Below are positions 1 to 8,063 of a DNA stretch of 64,000 nt, piece by piece (the stretch's first letter is position 1; the number at the start of each line of letters is the position of its first letter). Under the pieces are notes generated by a model that was not told where the DNA came from, ran no database searches, and saw nothing but the letters and a program-made list of their open reading frames with translations. Both the position numbers and the translations under genes were made by a program. Source of the DNA: Nitrospirota bacterium (GTDB lineage Bacteria > Nitrospirota > Nitrospiria > 2-01-FULL-66-17); NCBI GenBank assembly GCA_049325335.1, contig JBMOMC010000002.1, positions 46,612 to 110,611 of the forward strand, written 5' to 3'.

Positions 1-63
1 CATCAACCGCGCGGCGTCGCGAACCGAGGCGTTACGGTCGATGGTTTTGAGTTCACGAGCCAT
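1..63 (-). CDS. CBS-domain protein, N-terminal fragment; gene runs off the window start
   Basis: Reverse-strand ATG at 63..61 then MARELKTIDRNASVRDAARLM, a typical CBS-domain opening; open to the window edge; too short for the ORF track. Confidence 0.3.
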   Translation of the reverse strand, partial: MARELKTIDRNASVRDAARLM

Positions 64-213
64 TAAGACGGCGAGTGGCAACATACGGGTCGGGTTCGGT
101 ATTCCGCGCCGAATAAAAGAGTGGGCGGATTATACCGGGGTCCGAAGAAGGGGGTCAAGCCGAGGAGTCGTTGACAGGCGAACGGCCGAGTCGCTATGCT
201 CGCGCAAGTTGAA

Positions 214-750
214 TCACTCGTCGTGATCCAACTCCACGTTCCAATACAGGTAGTCTTTCCATACTGATGGAGTATGAGACAGGCCGATGGTCATCGCCAG
301 GGCGGGGTTCCAGGAGGGTTTCACGGGCGCTTTGATCAGCTTCATGCGGGCTTCACCCGGCGTACGACCGCTCTTGTGGTTGTTGCACCGCCAGCACGCG
401 GTGACGATGTTCTCCCAGCTCTTCTTCCCCCCGCGGGCGATGGGCAAGACGTGATCGAACGTCAGGTCTTCGGTGCGAAACCGTTTCCCGCAGTACTGGC
501 ACGAGTAGTGGTCGCGGATAAAAATATTGGCGCGCGAGAATTTCACGCCCCGGCGCGCGGGCTCGATCCGAATCAGTTTCAGCAGGCGCAGGACCGCGGG
601 CAAGGGGACCGTGGTGCTGACCCCTCGAATGCGGCGGTCGTACACCTCCAACACTTCGACCTTTTCCTGCCACAACAAGGTCACGGCTTTTTGCCAGTGA
701 ATGATCCGGAGCGGTTCGTAGGACGCGTTCAGGAGAAGCGATTGTTCCAT
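214..750 (-). CDS. HNH endonuclease
   Basis: ORF 214..813; Cys pairs CQYCGK and CWRCNNHK around FDHVLPIARGG give the HNH zinc-finger nuclease signature; the 813 start is TTG, first ATG is at 750 (MEQSLL). Confidence 0.75.
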   Translation of the reverse strand: MEQSLLLNASYEPLRIIHWQKAVTLLWQEKVEVLEVYDRRIRGVSTTVPLPAVLRLLKLIRIEPARRGVKFSRANIFIRDHYSCQYCGKRFRTEDLTFDHVLPIARGGKKSWENIVTACWRCNNHKSGRTPGEARMKLIKAPVKPSWNPALAMTIGLSHTPSVWKDYLYWNVELDHDE

Positions 751-839
751 CGACGGAATACCCCAGCCGACTTGCCTCGCGGAAAGTGTATCAACTTTAA
801 CGACCCCGCGCAAACCATTGATCGGGGAGGATCGGGCCC

Positions 840-1367
840 ATGATCCGGTCTTATCAGGGGAAAACGCCGGTGATCGACCCGACCGTGTACCTCGCCGCCG
901 GGGCGCGGGTGATCGGCGACGTGGTGATCGGGCCCGAATCGAGTCTGTGGTTCAACGTGGTGGTCCGCGGTGACGTGAACTCGATCCGCATCGGCTCGCG
1001 CACCAACGTGCAAGACCTGTCCATGCTGCACGTCACGCGTCGGACCGCGCCGTTGCGCGTGGGGGATGAGGTGACGGTCGGTCACGCGGCGATCCTGCAC
1101 GGCTGTACGGTTGAGAACCGATGTCTGATCGGCATGGGGTCGGTGGTGATGGACGGCGCCGTGGTCGGCGAGGAATCCATCGTCGGGGCCGGCGCGGTGG
1201 TGCCGGAGCGCATGATCATCCCGCCGCGAAGCCTCGTGGTGGGCGTGCCCGCGACGGTCCGACGCGCGTTGCGGCCCGAGGAGATCGCGTTTCTGGCCCG
1301 GAGCGCGGCCAACTACGTCCAGGACGCGGCGAACTACCGCGCGGACGAGGCGCTGAACAGCCCCTGA
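840..1367 (+). CDS. gamma-class carbonic anhydrase family / hexapeptide-repeat protein
   Basis: Hexapeptide-repeat left-handed beta-helix pattern (IGDVVIGPESSLWFNVVVRGDVNSIRIGSRTNVQD...); GGGAGG 10 nt upstream of ATG 840. Confidence 0.8.
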   Translation: MIRSYQGKTPVIDPTVYLAAGARVIGDVVIGPESSLWFNVVVRGDVNSIRIGSRTNVQDLSMLHVTRRTAPLRVGDEVTVGHAAILHGCTVENRCLIGMGSVVMDGAVVGEESIVGAGAVVPERMIIPPRSLVVGVPATVRRALRPEEIAFLARSAANYVQDAANYRADEALNSP

Positions 1368-2452
1368 TAAATCGCGTCGTGGATCGCGGGACGGAAGGCC
1401 GCGATACCCTGATTCTCCCGCGTCGGGTGGACCCGATTGGTCAACAGGATCACGGTCAGTTCGCGGTCAGGATCCACCCAGATCGAGGTGCCGGTGAACC
1501 CGAGGTGTCCATACGAGCGAGGGGAGAAGAACCGCCCCGATGTTGACGGCGGCGTCGGGGTCGTCCACCCCAGGGTCCAACTTCCATTGCCCACGTCGTT
1601 TTGTCGGGTGAGAAATCGCATGGCCAAGTCCGCGGGCCAGCGGGGTGAGCGCCCGAGCGACGCCTCGCGCCAGCCCCGAACGAGTCGGAGCACGCTCATC
1701 GCATCGCCGAACAGCCCGGCGTGACCGGACACCCCGCCCATGGCGTAGGCGTTCTCGTCGTGCACCTCGCCGCGCAACACGCGGCCCCGCCACGGACACT
1801 GTTCTGTGGCCGCCACGGTTCGATGGTCCGCCCAAGACGGTGAGTCCGTCCGGCGCGCCGGGAGAAAGCCGATGGAGTGCAGTCCCAGCGGGGCAAAGAG
1901 CCGTTCACGCGCCGATTCGTCCAACGGTTGATCCGCGACGCGTTCCAGAATCGACCCGAGCAGGATGAACCCCAGATCGCTGTACCGGCTCTCGGCCCCT
2001 GGAGGGCTGATCAACGGTTCTCGTTCAGCCGCGTCGATGAGCCGGTGTTTGCCCGCCGGCGTCGCGATCAGCTCCGGGGGCACGTCTCGGTAGAACGGGC
2101 GCCAGTCGGGTAATCCCGAGGTGTGCGTCAATAGATGGCGGATCGTCGCCCGCGCGCCCGCCCCGTCCCGCCAGCTCGGCAGGTAGCGGCCGACGGGATC
2201 ATCGACCGCGAGGCGGCGTTCGGCGACCAACGACAGCGCCAGGGCGGCGGTCACAAGGGGTTTGGTCAACGAGGCCAGGTCGAATACGGTGTCGGTGGTC
2301 ATGTCCTCTGCAACGGGGATTTCCGCCGCGCGGCCGAACGCCTCGAAAAACACGACGCGGCCGCCGACATCCGCTACGAGGACCCCGCCGGGAAAGGCGC
2401 GGGCGGCGAGGGTATCCGCCATGAGCCGTCGGATTCGTCGGTCGTGCAGCAC
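1334..2452 (-). CDS. serine hydrolase, beta-lactamase/transpeptidase-like family
   Basis: SxxK motif (SLTKP) near N-terminus and overall class C beta-lactamase/esterase-like pattern; GTG at 2452, alternative ATG at 2422. Confidence 0.7.
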   Translation of the reverse strand: MLHDRRIRRLMADTLAARAFPGGVLVADVGGRVVFFEAFGRAAEIPVAEDMTTDTVFDLASLTKPLVTAALALSLVAERRLAVDDPVGRYLPSWRDGAGARATIRHLLTHTSGLPDWRPFYRDVPPELIATPAGKHRLIDAAEREPLISPPGAESRYSDLGFILLGSILERVADQPLDESARERLFAPLGLHSIGFLPARRTDSPSWADHRTVAATEQCPWRGRVLRGEVHDENAYAMGGVSGHAGLFGDAMSVLRLVRGWREASLGRSPRWPADLAMRFLTRQNDVGNGSWTLGWTTPTPPSTSGRFFSPRSYGHLGFTGTSIWVDPDRELTVILLTNRVHPTRENQGIAAFRPAIHDAIYQGLFSASSAR

Positions 2453-2555
2453 GCGCCATTATACCGTGATCGCCCCGCTGCGGAGGCCGAGGCTGGCGGC
2501 GCGTTCGTGGTTCTCAGTTAAGGCCTTATGTTATGATAGCGACGTGTCGGGCTTG

Positions 2556-3506
2556 ATGACATCACTGCGATCCGGCCACGCGGGCGCCGGTGACGGACGT
2601 GACCCAGCGTCGCTGACCGGCGCGGCCATCGCCGCGCTGGTCACATTGCTGGATCGCGAATCCAAGGCGGAAAATCTGGCGATGATCCGTGCGCGGCTCG
2701 ACGAGGTCGGCGAGGGCGCGCTCCCGTGGCTTGATGCGGCCGCGTCGATGGGCGGCCGATCCGAGCGTGCCGCGGAGATGGCGACTCGTATTCGCCGCCG
2801 GCGTCTCGATGCCGAATGGGAACCGTGGATTGCCGATCCGTGCGCTGATCTCGAGTGCGGGGTGCTGCTCATCGATCGATTCGGTGATCCGTGCCGGGAG
2901 GCCCAAGCGGTCCGGCGCGCGTTGGATGAACTGGCTGAGGCCTTGGGCCGTCGGTTACATGGGGTATCGGACACGACCGCTGTCATCGAGCGTCTGAATG
3001 GGTTGCTGTTTGCCGAACTCGGGTTCCGCGGGAACGTGGAGTCGTATGACGATCCGGAGAACAGTTACCTTTCCCGAGTGTTGGATCGACGGGTCGGGAT
3101 TCCGGTGTCGCTTTCGGTCGTGGTGCTGCTCTTGGCGGAGCGCCTCAAGTTGCCGTTCGTGGGGATCGGGATGCCGGGACATTTTCTGCTTCGGTACGGC
3201 GCCGACCCCTCCGGGCCGTATCTTGACCCGTTCGGGAACGGCCGCGTCCTGAGTCGAGAGGACTGTTTGGCTTGGTTACGGGCGTCGGGATTGCCGGTGA
3301 CGCCCGGGCTGTTCCACCCGGTGGGCCCTCGATACATCGTGGCTCGCATGTTGCGGAACCTGATCGGCGTCTTCACAAAAGCCGGTTTGTCCGGTGAATC
3401 GGTCATATTGACGCGGTATCTCAAACGCGTGACTGCCGCGCCGAAATCATCCACCGGAACCGACTCGGGGCGGCGGAATGTCTCGAGTAGGGGCACGCTG
3501 CCGTGA
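2556..3506 (+). CDS. SirB1-like transglutaminase-family protein
   Basis: ORF 2262..3506 but the first 98 codons overlap the divergent hydrolase; ATG at 2556 (MTSLRSG); motif RRVGIPVSLSVVVLLLAERLKLPFVGIGMPGHFLLRY. Confidence 0.65.
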   Translation: MTSLRSGHAGAGDGRDPASLTGAAIAALVTLLDRESKAENLAMIRARLDEVGEGALPWLDAAASMGGRSERAAEMATRIRRRRLDAEWEPWIADPCADLECGVLLIDRFGDPCREAQAVRRALDELAEALGRRLHGVSDTTAVIERLNGLLFAELGFRGNVESYDDPENSYLSRVLDRRVGIPVSLSVVVLLLAERLKLPFVGIGMPGHFLLRYGADPSGPYLDPFGNGRVLSREDCLAWLRASGLPVTPGLFHPVGPRYIVARMLRNLIGVFTKAGLSGESVILTRYLKRVTAAPKSSTGTDSGRRNVSSRGTLP

Positions 3507-3540
3507 GAGCCGATATGCGCCCCATCCGTCAATAACCGTC

Positions 3541-3843
3541 ATGAGCGCCCCCCTGATGAGCACGTCTCCGCCTCATCCGTTGGTTGAGATCACGATTCTG
3601 GGACGATGTTATCGAGTGCGTCCCGATGTGTCTCTGGTGTGGGCGCTGTACGATGAGGGATTCATCACCGCGGCCAACCGATTTTGTTGGAACGGAACGT
3701 GTTTGTACTGCATGGTGACGGTGGTCTGGCCGAATACTACGGTCGCGGTGCGGAAAAAAGCGTGTGAGATCTTCCCTACCGCCGGGTTGAACGTGATTCG
3801 GCTCGGCGGGGAGTTTTCCGTGCCGGTCCGTCTCGCGTCGTGA
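3541..3843 (+). CDS. small (2Fe-2S)-binding domain protein
   Basis: C-x4-C-x2-C (CWNGTCLYC) plus a later Cys; stop TGA 3841-3843 overlaps the GTG start of the next gene (GTGA). Confidence 0.45.
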   Translation: MSAPLMSTSPPHPLVEITILGRCYRVRPDVSLVWALYDEGFITAANRFCWNGTCLYCMVTVVWPNTTVAVRKKACEIFPTAGLNVIRLGGEFSVPVRLAS

Positions 3844-5573
3844 AGCTCGATCTCGGTCCGTTTGCCGCGTTGGTGCGTCCCCACCGCGGCGCCATGGCGC
3901 AAGCCTCGCTGCTGGTCATGGGCGTGGCCGCGCTCAACCTCGCGTTGCTATGGCTCTTTCGGTATTTCTTCGACCATGTGTTGGTCCGCCACGACACCGC
4001 CGCGCTCGGTCGGATCATCTGGGCCTCGCTCGGCCTGTTTGCACTGCACAGCGCCTTGTCCTTGCGCCAACACGTGGTGTTGGCGCGCGTGGGACAGCGG
4101 ATCGTCACCGCGCTGCGGTTGCGGTTGGTGGAGCACCTAACCACGTTGTCATTGGATTTTTTCGTCAAACGACGGACCGGCGAGCTGATGTCGCGGGTGA
4201 CCAGCGACGTGGGCACGGTGCAACAGGTCGCGACCAACGTGCCCGTGGACTTGGCGAAACAGTCCGTGACGTTCGTGGGCGCGTTGGGGCTGCTCTTGTA
4301 CATGAATTGGCGGCTGTGTCTGGCCGTTCTCGCGGTGATCCCGTTGGTGGTGGTGGTCGCCCGTCTGTTCGGACGGCGGCTCAAGGCGCTCTCGACCGAG
4401 AGCCAGGACCGAGCTGCGGAGTCCGCGACGATCCTGGAGGAAATGTTGTCCGGCATCACGCTGGTGAAGTCGTTCGTGATGGAGCGACACGAGGTGGATC
4501 GACTCGGCGCGCAACTTGAGCGCGCGGACGCGGTGGCCGCCCGCCGCGCCGCGTTGGTGGGGGTGTTCGTGCCCGTGGTCACGGTCCTGACGCTGCTCGG
4601 CGCACTCGGCGTGTTGTGGTACGGCGGGGTGCAGGTGATCGCCGGCGCGATGAGTCCCGGCGATCTGGTCGCGTTTTTGTTGTACGGCGGCATTCTGATG
4701 GGACCGTTTTCCGCGGCGGCTCGCGTGTTTTCGCAGATCAAAGAGGCGCAGGGCGCAATGCAGCGGGTGACGGAGATCCTCAACGAACAGCCGATGGTTC
4801 GCGACGCCCCGGGCGCCGCCCGTCTGGGCGCGGTGAACGGTCGCGTGGAGGTCTGCGACGTCTCGTTCGCCTACGAGCCGGGACGATCGGTGTTGCGCGG
4901 CGTCTCGCTCACCGCGGAACCCGGGCAGATCGTGGCATTGGTCGGACCCAGCGGCGGCGGCAAATCCACGCTCGTTCATTTGTTACATCGGTTCTACGAT
5001 CCCTTGGAGGGGGCCATCTTGCTCGATGGCCGCGACCTACGGGCGATCCGGATGGCGGACCTGTACGCGCGGATCGCCTTCGTGCCGCAAGAGACGATGT
5101 TGTTCGGGGGGACGGTTGAAGAGAACATCCGGTTCGGTCGTCCGTCCGCGCGTCAGGACGAGGTGGCGGCGGCTGCGGAGGCCGCGCACGCGCACGGATT
5201 CATTCAGGCGCTGCCGAACGGGTACGGGACCGTGGTGGGGGAGAAGGGCGTGCGACTGTCCGGCGGGCAGCGACAACGGATCGCGATCGCGCGGGCGGTG
5301 CTCAAGGACCCGAGAATTTTGCTGTTGGATGAAGCCACGTCGGCGTTGGATAATGAATCCGAAGTGTTGGTGCAAGACGCGTTGGACCGCCTGATGAAGG
5401 GCCGCACCACGATCGTGGTCGCCCATCGGTTGTCCACCATCCAGCGCGCGGATCATATCCTGGTGTTGGATCAGGGGCGGATCGTGGAACGCGGCACGCA
5501 CGGCGAATTGTTGGCGAGCCGCGGGGTGTACCATCGTTTGTCGGTCGCGGTGTCGACGAGCGCGGGCGCATGA
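3840..5573 (+). CDS. ABC transporter, fused permease/ATP-binding exporter (MsbA-like)
   Basis: N-terminal six-helix TMD then Walker A GPSGGGKST, signature LSGGQRQRIAIARAV, Walker B ILLLDEATSALD. Confidence 0.85.
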   Translation: MKLDLGPFAALVRPHRGAMAQASLLVMGVAALNLALLWLFRYFFDHVLVRHDTAALGRIIWASLGLFALHSALSLRQHVVLARVGQRIVTALRLRLVEHLTTLSLDFFVKRRTGELMSRVTSDVGTVQQVATNVPVDLAKQSVTFVGALGLLLYMNWRLCLAVLAVIPLVVVVARLFGRRLKALSTESQDRAAESATILEEMLSGITLVKSFVMERHEVDRLGAQLERADAVAARRAALVGVFVPVVTVLTLLGALGVLWYGGVQVIAGAMSPGDLVAFLLYGGILMGPFSAAARVFSQIKEAQGAMQRVTEILNEQPMVRDAPGAARLGAVNGRVEVCDVSFAYEPGRSVLRGVSLTAEPGQIVALVGPSGGGKSTLVHLLHRFYDPLEGAILLDGRDLRAIRMADLYARIAFVPQETMLFGGTVEENIRFGRPSARQDEVAAAAEAAHAHGFIQALPNGYGTVVGEKGVRLSGGQRQRIAIARAVLKDPRILLLDEATSALDNESEVLVQDALDRLMKGRTTIVVAHRLSTIQRADHILVLDQGRIVERGTHGELLASRGVYHRLSVAVSTSAGA

Positions 5574-5597
5574 TGCGACGTACGGCGGGAGGATGCG

Positions 5598-5996
5598 GTG
5601 CAAGAGAACTTTGAAGCAATCAAGCAGGCCATTGCCGAACAACGCGTGCGGTTGGCGATCGTCAAACCGAAAGCGCGTCAATTATTGATCTGGCCCACGG
5701 CGGACCAGAAACAGTGGGCCCCGTCGGGGCTGCAGTGGTTCTCGCGCGGGTTGGGCGCGCTGTTTATCGGGTCGTCGTTGACCGCCGCGTATGCGTGGGT
5801 GACCTGGGAGTTGATGCAGATGATTTTTTCCTGCACGATCAGCCTGGTGTCGTTGCGGTACCTGGATCGGATCGCGGCCCACCATACCCAGGACAAGGCC
5901 TTGTCGGACGAAGCGTTTTTTCACGCAGGTCGCGAATCGGGGTTGATCGAACTCGAACCCGTGACCGGCCGAGCGGAATCCCGCGGCTACTCCTGA
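5598..5996 (+). CDS. hypothetical membrane protein
   Basis: GTG start 6 nt after GGGAGG; one hydrophobic helix (GLGALFIGSSLTAAYAWV); no recognised domain. Confidence 0.45.
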   Translation: MQENFEAIKQAIAEQRVRLAIVKPKARQLLIWPTADQKQWAPSGLQWFSRGLGALFIGSSLTAAYAWVTWELMQMIFSCTISLVSLRYLDRIAAHHTQDKALSDEAFFHAGRESGLIELEPVTGRAESRGYS

Positions 5997-6668
5997 TCAC
6001 CCGCCGCAGAGGCGGTCGATCGGTTCCACGCGCGGGCCCTTGAGGTTGTCGCGCGCGGCGTCCGCGCAATCAAGACTCACCAAATACCGAACCAACTTGT
6101 CCAGCCCGGCGACGGTGAACGTCGCCTTGAAATGGGCGGGCATGGTGGATTCATCGGGCCGTTCGCGCTGCTCGAACCCCGGGACGATGAACGCGCTGGG
6201 GCGGAGGACGGACTCGCGGATGTATTCCTCGGGCGACCGAGCCGAAGCGCGGCCGGATCGGACCGCGGCTTGATACGCGGGGGAGGCCATCCGGCGCTCC
6301 GCGGTGACCTTGGGGAGTAAGAGAGGTCCTTCGACCCCGGATTGCGCGGTGAGGATTCCCGGGATCTGGTGGCACACGCCGCAACCCAGTTTGGTGATCA
6401 TTCGTTCTGGCGTGTCCTCGTCTTGCGCCACCACCGGTATCGATGCGGGCAACGTGTCAGAACCTGGAGTCGTCACGGGCCGCCCGGCTGGGATCGATAT
6501 CGGCGCGGGCGGGGCGAACCACGCATGCCATGCCGCATACCCTCCGACCACCAGCGCGGCGGACCCGACTCCGAGCGTGAGCCAACGGTACTCGGGGGTG
6601 CGAGCCGCGGTCGAGAGCAAGATGAGCGCCATCAGCAGAAACGGGACGGCGATCAGGACGGAGGTCAT
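5997..6668 (-). CDS. membrane-anchored mono-heme c-type cytochrome
   Basis: N-terminal TM helix and a single CxxCH motif (CGVCH); ATG at 6668, ORF-track start 6674 is GTG. Confidence 0.65.
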   Translation of the reverse strand: MTSVLIAVPFLLMALILLSTAARTPEYRWLTLGVGSAALVVGGYAAWHAWFAPPAPISIPAGRPVTTPGSDTLPASIPVVAQDEDTPERMITKLGCGVCHQIPGILTAQSGVEGPLLLPKVTAERRMASPAYQAAVRSGRASARSPEEYIRESVLRPSAFIVPGFEQRERPDESTMPAHFKATFTVAGLDKLVRYLVSLDCADAARDNLKGPRVEPIDRLCGG

Positions 6669-6735
6669 CAACACATCGCGTCGGTGGACATCGCGGGCGG
6701 GAACGATACCAGCGAGAGGGTGGTCGGGTCAATCG

Positions 6736-6773
6736 AGGCCGAACCGTCGCGTAAATGAGACGGTTCGGCCTCG
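6736..6773 (-). terminator. stem-loop downstream of sat (14-bp perfect stem)
   Basis: GAGGCCGAACCGTC / loop gcgtaaatga / GACGGTTCGGCCTC immediately after the sat stop on the minus strand. Confidence 0.5.
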
Positions 6774-6782
6774 GACCTAAGG

Positions 6783-7946
6783 TCAGGCCGGCGCGCGCAT
6801 CGCGTCGATGAGGATCTGCGCGACCTCGGCGCGGGAGAACTCCGGGGGCGGCATTTGGCCCGTACTCAACATTTCCCGGACTTTGGTCCCGGAGAGCGCG
6901 ACGTGGTTGGTCGGGTCGTGCGGGCAGGTCTTGGACGAGGCCATGCTCCCGCACGTTTTGCAGAAAAACGTGTTGTCGAAGAATAATGGCGTGATCCCCA
7001 GTTCGCCGTCCTTGAATTCCCCGAAAATGTGGTGAGCGTCGAACGACCCGTAGAAGTTGCCGACCCCCGCGTGATCGCGCCCTACGATAAAGTGGGTACA
7101 CCCGTAGTTCTTACGCACCAGGGCGTGAAAGATCGCCTCGCGCGGTCCGGCGTAGCGCATGGCCGCCGGCAGCACCCCGAGCAGGGTCCGGTTCTTGGGG
7201 TAGTAGTTCGCCAGCAATGCCTGATAACAGCGCATCCGCACGTTCGCCGGAATGTCGTCGGATTTGGTTTCGCCCACCAATGGGTGGATGAAGAGCCCGT
7301 CCACGATTTCGAGCGCGCATTTCTGGATGTACTCGTGCGCCCGATGAATGGGGTTTCGGGTCTGAAAACCCACCACGGTTTTCCAGCCCCGTTCCGCGAA
7401 CGCCTTGCGGGTGTCCGCGGGGTCCAGGCGGTTCTCGTGAAAATCCGCGTGGGTTTGCCGTCGCAACACGTCGACTTTGCCGCCCAACAAGACCTCACCG
7501 CGTTTGAACAAGTAGTCGACGCCGGGATGCTTGCGATCTTCGGTGCGGTAGATCGAGCGCGCGGCTTGGGCCTTGTCGCGTTGGTAACGCTCTTCCAAGT
7601 GCAGGATCGCCACGATCGTCCCGCTCTCGTCGGTCAGGGCCGCGTCACGGCCGTCCTTCAGGGCTGCGGCCTGGCCGTGATCCACCGCCAGGATGATCGG
7701 CAGGCTCCACGGCAAACCGTTGGCCAGATGCATGGCGTCGCGCACGCTCTCGTAGTCCTTGCGTCCCATGAACCCTTCGATGGGGCTGTAGGCGCCGGTG
7801 GCGATCAAGTCGAGATCGGACCGTTCCCGCGCGTTCAGCGCGATCTTCGGCATGTCGGCGGCTCGGCGTTCTAGGTCGGCTTGTTGTTCGGGCGGGACCA
7901 TTCGATTGATCAGGACGCCGCCGTGGGGGATGGATTGAATAGACAT
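6783..7946 (-). CDS. sat: sulfate adenylyltransferase (ATP sulfurylase)
   Basis: 387 aa; QTRNPIHRAHE and GRDHAGVG motifs characteristic of homo-oligomeric ATP sulfurylase. Confidence 0.9.
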   Translation of the reverse strand: MSIQSIPHGGVLINRMVPPEQQADLERRAADMPKIALNARERSDLDLIATGAYSPIEGFMGRKDYESVRDAMHLANGLPWSLPIILAVDHGQAAALKDGRDAALTDESGTIVAILHLEERYQRDKAQAARSIYRTEDRKHPGVDYLFKRGEVLLGGKVDVLRRQTHADFHENRLDPADTRKAFAERGWKTVVGFQTRNPIHRAHEYIQKCALEIVDGLFIHPLVGETKSDDIPANVRMRCYQALLANYYPKNRTLLGVLPAAMRYAGPREAIFHALVRKNYGCTHFIVGRDHAGVGNFYGSFDAHHIFGEFKDGELGITPLFFDNTFFCKTCGSMASSKTCPHDPTNHVALSGTKVREMLSTGQMPPPEFSRAEVAQILIDAMRAPA

Positions 7947-8063
7947 CTGGTTGTGCTCCTTTCCGCGAACGCTTCTAATAAGAAGCCGACACCCCGCGCG
8001 GGACGAGGTGTCGGTCAGTCGTCGGCTCTTGGATCGAGGCGCAGGGAGGTACGCCTCGACGAA

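Noticed and set aside
41-226. 61-aa plus-strand ORF at window start
   Set aside because: Overlaps the reverse-strand CBS-domain gene start; no RBS and Arg-rich composition.
1334-1367. 34-bp convergent overlap between the carbonic-anhydrase-like and hydrolase genes as a possible frameshift or pseudogene
   Set aside because: Both reading frames are intact with plausible C-termini; short convergent overlaps are common in compact high-GC genomes.
2262-2555. N-terminal 98-codon extension of the SirB1-like ORF
   Set aside because: Overlaps the divergent hydrolase gene and has no domain signal; the ATG at 2556 gives a sensible intergenic gap.
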